The notes below the pieces were generated by a model. That model worked only from the letters and a program-made list of their open reading frames with translations, had not been told where the DNA came from and ran no database searches. A stretch of 55,013 bases of DNA. Origin: an uncultured Anaerolineae bacterium. Its GTDB lineage: Bacteria > Chloroflexota > Anaerolineae > SpSt-600. A program made the translations under genes and the position numbers. Where the stretch lies: positions 1-55,013 of the forward strand of contig CAZZMI010000004.1 of assembly GCA_964655275.1 (NCBI GenBank). Reading direction: 5' to 3'. Below, one piece after another: positions 48,228-55,013 of the stretch (position 1 is its first letter; each line of letters starts with the position of its first letter).

Positions 48228-49220
48228 GTGGGAGCAGAGGAAAAGATCCGTTGCAGTGTAGGGGTTACTGCTTACAATGAGGAAGCCAACATAGGTAAAC
48301 TCCTGGATGCCCTCCTCAATCAAAAGCTCCACGAAGTTGAGATTACGGAGATAATCGTTGTGGCTTCGGGTTGCACTGACCGCACAGTGGAGATAGTCCA
48401 GGAATACCAGAAAAAAGACCCCAGGATTAAGCTGCTGGTTCAGGAGCGTCGGGAAGGGAAAACTTCAGCTGTGAACCTTTTCCTCAAGCATGCCCAAGAG
48501 GACATATGCGTCCTGGAAAGCGGCGATACGTTGCCCCGCTACGACGCTATTGAAAACCTGGTAAGGATGTTCAGAGATCCCAAGGTTGGCATGACGGGAG
48601 CCCAGAAAGTAGCAGTTAATACCCCTGATCATATTATCGCAGCCCTTTCTCACCTCAGATTGAAACTGGAGCATGAACTTTGTATGGAAATACCTCGCCT
48701 TGGAGAGCTCATTGCTTTCCGCAAAGTTTTTGACCAGATCCCGCCCGATGTGGCTATGGATGAGGCTTTTGTGGAGGCGCTGGTTATAAAGCGTGGTCTT
48801 GAAGTGCGTTATGCCCCCGATGCTGTGGTCTTCAACATGGGGCCCACCACTTTGGGGGATTTCATCCGCCAGCGCCGGCGCAATTACGCTGGTCACCTTC
48901 ACCTTATGCGAAAATATGGTTACAAAGTAGCGAGCCTTGATACCTGGCGTGTGGTGCGCCTCTGGCTCGGGGAACTTTGGGGAGCTATAAGGCTTATATA
49001 TGTCCTTATAGCTTTAGCCGCAATAGAAGCCTTCGCCAGGCTTCTGGGTGCTTATGATTATTACATCCGTGGTCGCAAGCATGTTATATGGGATATGGCC
49101 TGGACTACTAAGAAGGTTGAGCCTTCCCCGCAGCTGGAGAAAGCCCCGCCTTCTATTATCACCAGGCTGACCCTTGACCCCTTTGCCCCTATCATTGATG
49201 CGGAGCAAAAAGAGGAATGA
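48228..49220 (+). CDS. GT2 glycosyltransferase (processive/CesA-like subfamily)
   Basis: VTAYNEE, SGCTDRT, EGKTSAVN, MDE, QRRRN (QxxRW-like); GTG start. Confidence 0.85.
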   Translation: MGAEEKIRCSVGVTAYNEEANIGKLLDALLNQKLHEVEITEIIVVASGCTDRTVEIVQEYQKKDPRIKLLVQERREGKTSAVNLFLKHAQEDICVLESGDTLPRYDAIENLVRMFRDPKVGMTGAQKVAVNTPDHIIAALSHLRLKLEHELCMEIPRLGELIAFRKVFDQIPPDVAMDEAFVEALVIKRGLEVRYAPDAVVFNMGPTTLGDFIRQRRRNYAGHLHLMRKYGYKVASLDTWRVVRLWLGELWGAIRLIYVLIALAAIEAFARLLGAYDYYIRGRKHVIWDMAWTTKKVEPSPQLEKAPPSIITRLTLDPFAPIIDAEQKEE

Positions 49221-50200
49221 AAAGAGCCCTCACTTCAGTCCTTAAGGTAGTGGTAAGCCTCGGTTTACTGATTTTCCTCCTGAGAAAGCCTGAAATACAC
49301 CAGTCCTGGGAGCTGTTTTTAAAGGCCAGGCTTGAATTCATTGTCCTGGCTTTTGCCCTTTATATCATGGCTATATTTGCCAACATTTACAAGTGGCACC
49401 TCCTTTTGAATGCAATGGGTATGGAAGTGCCCTTTGCTAATCTTACTTCTTACTTTTTCACAGGCCTTTTTTTCGGAAATTTCCTCCTGCCCATGGTGGC
49501 GGGAGATATTATGCGTGGCTATGGCCTGGCGGTGGATTCAGAGCAGGCCGCAGAGGCTGCCGTATCGGTGCTTGTGGACAGGCTGGTGGGTTTGGCCTCT
49601 TTCCTTTTTGGGGGTCTTGTGGGGATAACTTTCGCCATTTGGGGGATGCAAAGGTATGATTTTCGGGGCCTGGCACTGGTAGTGGTGGGTGTAAATGCCC
49701 TTTTTGCCCTGGGCTTTGTTTCCCTTTTAAGCCGTCGGTTTCGCCATTTTCTGGGTAAAATCTCCGGGGTTAATGCCGTATTCCTACGCCTTTCCAAAGC
49801 TGTGGATGTTTATAGAACCAGCCCTGAGGCTCTGGGAAAAGCTTTTCTGGTAGCTCTTCTGGGCCTTGTTCTTACCAACCTTGTGAACTGGTGTGCTTCG
49901 GAAGCTATAAAAGCAGGTATACCTCCGGCTTATATCTTCATTCTAAACCCCCTAACTCCATTTGCTCCCCTCATTATCCCTTCGGTGGGTGGACTTGGAG
50001 TAAATCAGGGGGCTTTTGTTTTTCTTTATAGCACTGTAGCTAAAGCCACAACTCCTGCAGGGGCTTTTTCTCTTTCTCTGCTGATGCAAGCTATAATTTA
50101 TATTACGAGCCTTCCAGGGGCTTTCCTCTGGTGGAAAAGCAGAAAAACCAGTAACTCCAAAGGAGGGGGAGTATGGTTAGGGAAAGAGAACAAGAACTGA
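49217..50200 (+). CDS. UPF0104 / lysylphosphatidylglycerol-synthase TM (flippase-like) protein
   Basis: KWHLLL, GNFLLPMVAGDIMR, SVLVDRLVG, PSVGGLGV. Confidence 0.85.
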   Translation: MKRALTSVLKVVVSLGLLIFLLRKPEIHQSWELFLKARLEFIVLAFALYIMAIFANIYKWHLLLNAMGMEVPFANLTSYFFTGLFFGNFLLPMVAGDIMRGYGLAVDSEQAAEAAVSVLVDRLVGLASFLFGGLVGITFAIWGMQRYDFRGLALVVVGVNALFALGFVSLLSRRFRHFLGKISGVNAVFLRLSKAVDVYRTSPEALGKAFLVALLGLVLTNLVNWCASEAIKAGIPPAYIFILNPLTPFAPLIIPSVGGLGVNQGAFVFLYSTVAKATTPAGAFSLSLLMQAIIYITSLPGAFLWWKSRKTSNSKGGGVWLGKENKN

Positions 50201-50358
50201 GGAGAAGGAGGGTGCGCAAGCAGAAATTGCGCAAATTGCGGGCGAAGCTTGCTGCCACAACGGACCCCGCCGAAAGGGAGCGGATCATTCAGAAGATTCG
50301 CAAGATAAGTCCATGGGCACCCATAGAATTGCCACCCAAGCCATCAGAGGTTAAATAA
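50173..50358 (+). CDS. Small basic helical protein (DUF6800-like)
   Basis: 61 aa, EQELRRRRVRKQKLRKLR...KIRKISP; AAGGAGG RBS; followed by terminator. Confidence 0.7.
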   Translation: MVREREQELRRRRVRKQKLRKLRAKLAATTDPAERERIIQKIRKISPWAPIELPPKPSEVK

Positions 50359-50364
50359 CTGATG

Positions 50365-50389
50365 AAGCCGGGCTTTGCCCGGCTTTTTT
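50365..50389 (+). terminator. Intrinsic terminator between convergent genes
   Basis: aagccgggc-ttt-gcccggctt followed by T run. Confidence 0.8.
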
Positions 50390-50395
50390 GCATCC

Positions 50396-50779
50396 TTAAT
50401 CTTTAAGCTTGAGCACTTTCTTTATGCTTTCTACTAATTCATTAGGGCCGAAAGGTTTGGTTATGTAGTCATCAACCTTCGCGATGTGAAGCCCCAAGAT
50501 TTTATCTATGCTCTGAGACCTGGCGGTAACGATGATCACCGGTATATTTTTAAGCTCATCATCGCTTTTAAGCTGGCGGTAAACTTCCCAGCCGTCCATT
50601 TCCGGCATCATAAGGTCCAAAAGGATCAGGTCGGGCTTTTTAGCTCTGGCCTTTTCCAAACCTTCTTCTCCACCTATTGCCCCTTCAACTTCAAAGCCCT
50701 TTTTCTCCAGGATTATACGGATCAATTCAATCATTTCGGGTTCGTCTTCTATGCACAGGATGTGCTTTTTCTCGCCCAT
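50396..50779 (-). CDS. Single-domain response regulator
   Basis: ILCIEDE, DLILLDLMMPEMDG, DDYITKPF. Confidence 0.92.
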   Translation of the reverse strand: MGEKKHILCIEDEPEMIELIRIILEKKGFEVEGAIGGEEGLEKARAKKPDLILLDLMMPEMDGWEVYRQLKSDDELKNIPVIIVTARSQSIDKILGLHIAKVDDYITKPFGPNELVESIKKVLKLKD

Positions 50780-50788
50780 GCTTCCCCC

Positions 50789-51484
50789 TTACTCCACAGC
50801 ACCCTGATAGGTGGGAGGTTTTACGGGTTTGGCTATTACAATTACCCTGTGGGAATTTCCGCGGGGAGGCCAGCAGGATATAAGGGTGAGGGTTTCGTCA
50901 GGTGTGGGTTCCATATACCTTGCGTTGGCCCTGCGTTGCTCCTCACTTACACCCTTTTCCTTAAGCAAAAGCACTTCTTTTACCTCGTAGACGAAGAGTT
51001 TATCTGCAGCATTGTATAAAAAAACCCTATCCCCTGGCTTCAATTCCCATAACCTTTGAAAAACTTTGCCTTTTATATTGTTATGGCCTGAAATCACAAT
51101 GTTGCCTTTTTCGCCGGGACTGGCACTGGTGGAATGGTGTCCTGCGGCATACTCAGCAGTTTCCCATTCCGCTTTAGGCCCTTTTTCAGTGTAAACTATT
51201 TTCATTCCAACTTCCACTACCGGCGCATCAACACCTATGGCCGGGATCACAATCCTAACCGGTTTGGGAGCCGGGGTTGGAGTGGCTTCGGGGGCAAGCT
51301 GCGTGGCAACATATGTTAGAGTTATGGAGACAGGGGAAGGGGAAAGCGCAAAAGTAGGCGCCAGCTTAATGTAAGATAAGTCATAAGCCTCTGACCAGCC
51401 TTCCCCCTGGCTCAAGTAAAAAATACTGGCTGCCATTAAAATTGCTCCTATCAGGATTAAAGCCCAGGGCAGGAATCTAACCAT
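50789..51484 (-). CDS. Sortase (class D/F-like)
   Basis: N-terminal TM, ISGHN (His), LTLISC (Cys), HRVIV (Arg); start MVRFLP at 51484. Confidence 0.9.
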   Translation of the reverse strand: MVRFLPWALILIGAILMAASIFYLSQGEGWSEAYDLSYIKLAPTFALSPSPVSITLTYVATQLAPEATPTPAPKPVRIVIPAIGVDAPVVEVGMKIVYTEKGPKAEWETAEYAAGHHSTSASPGEKGNIVISGHNNIKGKVFQRLWELKPGDRVFLYNAADKLFVYEVKEVLLLKEKGVSEEQRRANARYMEPTPDETLTLISCWPPRGNSHRVIVIAKPVKPPTYQGAVE

Positions 51485-51506
51485 GATTTTGCCTTCCCGG
51501 TAAAAC

Positions 51507-51537
51507 ATTATAGCCTAAAAGGTTTTGCGACGCAAAA
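51507..51537 (-). promoter_or_regulatory. Sortase promoter with palindrome over -35
   Basis: TTGCGT-17 bp-TATAAT on minus strand; ttttgcg-a-cgcaaaa at 51523-51537. Confidence 0.6.
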
Positions 51538-51579
51538 GCTTATATTTTTCAAGCTCAGGGGGTAAACCGCAGCGAATTT

Positions 51580-52257
51580 TTATAACTTCAAAGCTTGCAA
51601 GGCCTTTTCCACAAGGCTTAATGGATTATGTACGAGGGCGAGTTCAAGTTCCTCCCCTTCCAACCCTGCTCCCATAGCTACTTTCCTGGCTAACTCGGGG
51701 TCCATAAGATCGCCGGGGGAATGGGCATCGGAGTTCACAAGGAGTTTTGCTCCAGTAAGCCTCGCTATTTTGACCACGTGACCGTTGGTAAGGCAATGCC
51801 ATTTTCGGGCGCTTATCTCAAGGTAGATCCCATTTTCAGCGGCAATGGCCGCTTCCTCAGCTGTAATGAATCCAGGGTGAGCCAGAATATCCACATCGGG
51901 GCACTCAACGGCGGCTTTGTTTGTGCCTGGCCAAACCGGTTCCATCATGGTTTCCCCATGCACCACCACTATGCCAGCCCCCAATTCCTTAGCCCTTCGG
52001 GCTAAACGAGGAATTAAGGAAGGGGGCACATGGGTTATTTCAATCCCCGGTATAAAAGGTATCGGAAGGTTGTCGGATTGTTCTCTGGCCAGTTTTACCA
52101 GTTCTTTAACCACCCTATCAAGGTTTGAAGCATCGGCATGGTCAGTTATAGCAATAGCAACGCAGCCTCTGGAGCAGGCACGCCTTATGAGTTCGCTGGG
52201 CAGAAGCTCTCCATCGCTTAAAAAAGAATGGGTATGCAGTTCATAATGCCCACGCAT
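51580..52257 (-). CDS. PHP-domain phosphatase (histidinol-phosphate phosphatase domain-like)
   Basis: HTHSFLSDG, ITDH, GIEITH, VVHGET, LAHPG, NSDAH. Confidence 0.88.
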   Translation of the reverse strand: MRGHYELHTHSFLSDGELLPSELIRRACSRGCVAIAITDHADASNLDRVVKELVKLAREQSDNLPIPFIPGIEITHVPPSLIPRLARRAKELGAGIVVVHGETMMEPVWPGTNKAAVECPDVDILAHPGFITAEEAAIAAENGIYLEISARKWHCLTNGHVVKIARLTGAKLLVNSDAHSPGDLMDPELARKVAMGAGLEGEELELALVHNPLSLVEKALQALKL

Positions 52258-52287
52258 TTTCCCCTCCGCTGGGATTCAGGAGTGTAT

Positions 52288-53013
52288 TTAGAGAGGGCAG
52301 ATCGGGGGCAAAGCTCTCTTGTGAGCCGAGGATTCAATCATTCTTTTTACTTTGGGGGTCAAAGGGGAAAGTTCATCGGCTTCCCCTTTCTCCAGAGCTT
52401 CCAAAATAGAATCCAACTCCGAGTAAGTTATGCCCATTTCTCCTTCATCGGTCTGGCCCTCCCAGAGCCCCGCACTGGGCGGCTTTTCTATAATTTCTTT
52501 TGGTATTCCGAGGTAATGGGCGAATTCCCTTAGCTGAGTTTTGTAAAGGTTGCCTAAAGGTAAAAGGTCAACCCCTCCATCTCCGTATTTTGTGAAGTAT
52601 CCAACCTGAAGTTCGCTCTTGTTTCCAGTTCCCACCACGAGGTAATTGAAGGTATTGGCGTAATAATAAAGGGTTAGCATCCTCAAACGAGGTTTGAGGT
52701 TAGCCCTGGCCATGGGAGTACCTGGGGGAAGGATTGTGAGGAGAAGGTCATATACAGGAGTTAAATCTACCGTTTCAGTTTTCAGGGCGAAAGTTTGAGC
52801 TAAAAGATTAGCGTGCTCCAGATCGGCTGGAGAACTATGACAGGGCAAAATCAGGGCAAGGTGATTATCGCCTACCGCTTTTTTAACCAGCACAGCAGTT
52901 ATTGAAGAATCAATGCCACCGCTTATGCCCAGAACCAGACCTTTAGCCCCAGCCTCTTCCACTTTAGCTCTGAGCCAGTGAACTATTTTGCTTTCAATTT
53001 CCTCCCAGTTCAT
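52288..53013 (-). CDS. nadE: NH3-dependent NAD+ synthetase
   Basis: GISGGIDS, ANLKPRLRM, GTGNKSE, GYFTKYGDG, PSAGLW..QTDE. Confidence 0.95.
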   Translation of the reverse strand: MNWEEIESKIVHWLRAKVEEAGAKGLVLGISGGIDSSITAVLVKKAVGDNHLALILPCHSSPADLEHANLLAQTFALKTETVDLTPVYDLLLTILPPGTPMARANLKPRLRMLTLYYYANTFNYLVVGTGNKSELQVGYFTKYGDGGVDLLPLGNLYKTQLREFAHYLGIPKEIIEKPPSAGLWEGQTDEGEMGITYSELDSILEALEKGEADELSPLTPKVKRMIESSAHKRALPPICPL

Positions 53014-53022
53014 CTCTCCCTC

Positions 53023-53613
53023 CTATTCGCGTTTTTTAGTGGCCTCGTAAGCCAGGATTATGGCTTCGGCAACTTCTTTCATAGGCTTACGAGTATCCAT
53101 GCTCAATTTCTGGATTCGCCTAAAAGCTTCGGCTTCGGATAAACCCTGGGTATCCATTAAGATCCCCTTGGCTCTTTCTACAAGCTTGCGAGTTTCAAGA
53201 GCCTCCTTGAGGTCCGCCACTTCTTTCTTAAGGGCCTTGAATTGTTCAAAGCGAGCCAGGGCGATTTCTATAGCTGGAGCCAGGTCTGATTCCCGGAAGG
53301 GTTTCACAAGGTAAGCCACAACTCCTGCTTCCTTGGCCTGATCCACAAGCTCTTTCTGACTGTAAGCGGTGAGGAAAATAACGGGGGCAATTTCTTCCTG
53401 AGTGAGGATGCGGGCAGCTTCAATGCCATCCATATCGGGCATCTTTATGTCCATGATTACAAGGTCTGGACGAAGTTCCCGAGCCATGTTAACCACGCTC
53501 CTGCCATCGCCAGCCTCCCCTACCACCAGGTAACCAAGATTTGTGAGCATTTCTTTCAGGTCCATCCGGATTATGGGCTCATCATCGGCTATTATTATTC
53601 TGACTTTCCTCAC
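53023..53613 (-). CDS. REC-ANTAR response regulator (PdtaR/EutV-like RNA antiterminator)
   Basis: IIADDE, DLVIMDIKMP, YLVKPF; ETRKLVERAKGILM...EAEAFRRIQKLSMD ANTAR; GTG start. Confidence 0.92.
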   Translation of the reverse strand: MRKVRIIIADDEPIIRMDLKEMLTNLGYLVVGEAGDGRSVVNMARELRPDLVIMDIKMPDMDGIEAARILTQEEIAPVIFLTAYSQKELVDQAKEAGVVAYLVKPFRESDLAPAIEIALARFEQFKALKKEVADLKEALETRKLVERAKGILMDTQGLSEAEAFRRIQKLSMDTRKPMKEVAEAIILAYEATKKRE

Positions 53614-53646
53614 GGCACCCTCCTTGGCTCCGGTAGTCCACGCAAA

Positions 53647-53675
53647 ATTATATCCTTTAGGCGAAGTAACGCCAA
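53647..53675 (-). promoter_or_regulatory. Sigma70-type promoter of ANTAR-nadE-PHP genes
   Basis: TTGGCG-17 bp-TATAAT on minus strand. Confidence 0.6.
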
Positions 53676-53704
53676 ATTTTGCTCAAACACAAGGCCACGC
53701 GATT

Positions 53705-54769
53705 TTAAATTTTCCCCACCGTAAGTATGTAAATAACCGCTTCCTTTTTTCCATCAACTCCTATGAGGCCATTTATGGGGTCATCCAGGAAAGCCCCTAT
53801 AGCGCATGCTCCCAGGCCCATAGCTGTGGCTCCAAGATATATGTTCTGTCCTATGTGCCCCCCTTCCAGGAGGATGTAACGGTATGCCCTTTCCCTGTAT
53901 TTCCACCGGGTTCTCTGAAATACAGCTGTAAGGACGAGGGTTACTGCGGCTGCCCCCGGCATTTCTTGACCGAGGCAATAGTTAACCATTTCTTGACTGA
54001 AATCCCCCTCTTTCAGGAGTTCAAGGGCATGGACCCGGACATTGTAATGGTAAATGCCTGGTCTTAACCCCTCCACCCGGTTGATTATCGGGTAGATTTC
54101 AATGGGATAGAGAGCGCCCGCTGAAGGAGCCGTCCTGAAGCCAATTCCGTAACGCCACAAGGTTATACCATCGGCTAAGAAAAGAAGCAGGGAAAGTTCC
54201 TGCAAGGAAAGGGGCTCCCGGGAGTAATCCCTAATAGATCGCCTTCTCTGAAGAGCTTCCTCCACACTTATTTTCCTCAGAGGTTCAGGCTTGGGCAAGG
54301 GAATAAGGGGGGCATCGGGATATTCTTTGAAAGGCAGAGGAGGTTCCCCCCATTGGACCAGGTGACCTATAAGGCTCCTGAACCCCGGTTTGCTCCACTG
54401 GTGGTAAAATTCACCTACATCGGAGTAGGGCCCAAGCTCCGGGGTTCGCCTGGGCCAGAAAAAGCCAAGGATGAATCCTCCAGCCGCAGCAATGGAGGCC
54501 AGGAGGAAGCTACGCCGGGAAAGTTTTTCCACAGGTGGAGAAGGTGGAAACTTTTCCTGTTTTATAGAAGGTAGGCTTCGGAAATAAGAAAGGAGGGCTT
54601 TCCGGTTGAGCCAGACATGGACAGCAGCAATAATGGCTACGATAAGGCCTCCATTACGGTGGTAAATTGAGCGGTTAATGTCAAGGGCATCAGCCCAGAG
54701 GCCCGTGATGAAAAGGTAAAGTCCTCCTGCCAGGAGGGATAGACTTACTATAGCTCGCAAAGTTTTCAT
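53705..54769 (-). CDS. SagB/ThcOx-type nitroreductase-fold flavoprotein with N-terminal DUF4405-like TMs and internal twin-arginine signal
   Basis: RRRSIRDY, RTAPSAGALYPIE, KYRERAYRY, EGGHIGQN; N-terminal H-x13-H TM pair; SRRSFLL followed by hydrophobic helix. Confidence 0.85.
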   Translation of the reverse strand: MKTLRAIVSLSLLAGGLYLFITGLWADALDINRSIYHRNGGLIVAIIAAVHVWLNRKALLSYFRSLPSIKQEKFPPSPPVEKLSRRSFLLASIAAAGGFILGFFWPRRTPELGPYSDVGEFYHQWSKPGFRSLIGHLVQWGEPPLPFKEYPDAPLIPLPKPEPLRKISVEEALQRRRSIRDYSREPLSLQELSLLLFLADGITLWRYGIGFRTAPSAGALYPIEIYPIINRVEGLRPGIYHYNVRVHALELLKEGDFSQEMVNYCLGQEMPGAAAVTLVLTAVFQRTRWKYRERAYRYILLEGGHIGQNIYLGATAMGLGACAIGAFLDDPINGLIGVDGKKEAVIYILTVGKI

Positions 54770-54864
54770 AGGTTTTTACCCTCTCTCATAATTGATTATC
54801 CTTGTGGGCATTGAGTTTGCCGGTCGCAGGGGCGCGGCGCTGTCGCATCCTTACAAAAGGAACT

Positions 54865-55013
54865 CCCCACCCCCGTGGGCTAAGGGTTCGCTGTGGTTTT
54901 GGGTCCCACTCGTGGGCTAATTGCTAATGCCGGCCGTTTGCCCCCTTTTTGATAAAGCTTTGGGGGGGACACCCCCCAAACCCCCCGGTAGGGGCTAAAG
55001 CCTCCCTGCAACC
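54865..55013. repeat. Cluster of short palindromic/REP-like repeats at window end
   Basis: cgtgggctaa repeated (54874, 54911); tttggggggg-aca-ccccccaaa-type hairpin at about 54959-54980; further GC hairpin truncated at the end. Confidence 0.5.

Noticed and set aside
53705-54769. Azole-RiPP (TOMM) biosynthetic cluster
   Set aside because: No YcaO, E1-like scaffold or precursor peptide in the window; stand-alone SagB-like domains are common.

Overview
Gene-dense bacterial chromosome segment, most likely from a thermophilic anaerobic Chloroflexota (Anaerolineae-like) organism. That assignment is inferred from Pro/Thr-linker lipoproteins, a sortase, an archaeal/eukaryote-type ProRS and the style of the kinases and hypothetical proteins. 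No rRNA, tRNA, CRISPR array, transposase or prophage was recognised. From left to right: a DUF2089/SHOCT-like/GNAT/holin-like operon ending in murE; a 14-gene acyl-CoA/ester uptake-and-processing cluster (FabG-like, 3 CoA ligases, 3 alpha/beta hydrolases, a KAS III lacking the His/Asn catalytic residues, double MaoC, LIV-type ABC importer); a BMP-type nucleoside ABC transporter, flavoprotein, parB and dedA; a formate island (FocA channel fused to a receiver domain, three histidine kinases, a stand-alone receiver, selenocysteine FdnGHI plus FdhE); a histidine kinase-HAD phosphatase fusion; hflX; proS; envelope glycosylation genes; sortase; PHP; nadE; an ANTAR regulator; and a membrane-anchored SagB-type flavoprotein with an internal twin-arginine motif. 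The most striking unannotated element is a complete classical transcription attenuator upstream of proS: a consensus promoter, a 25-codon leader peptide with 7 non-adjacent Pro codons, and mutually exclusive 1:2, 2:3 and 3:4 hairpins. The FocA-receiver fusion, set in a kinase cluster with no DNA-binding output, is the second main candidate for a new system. All family assignments come from motif recognition by eye; no database searches were run.
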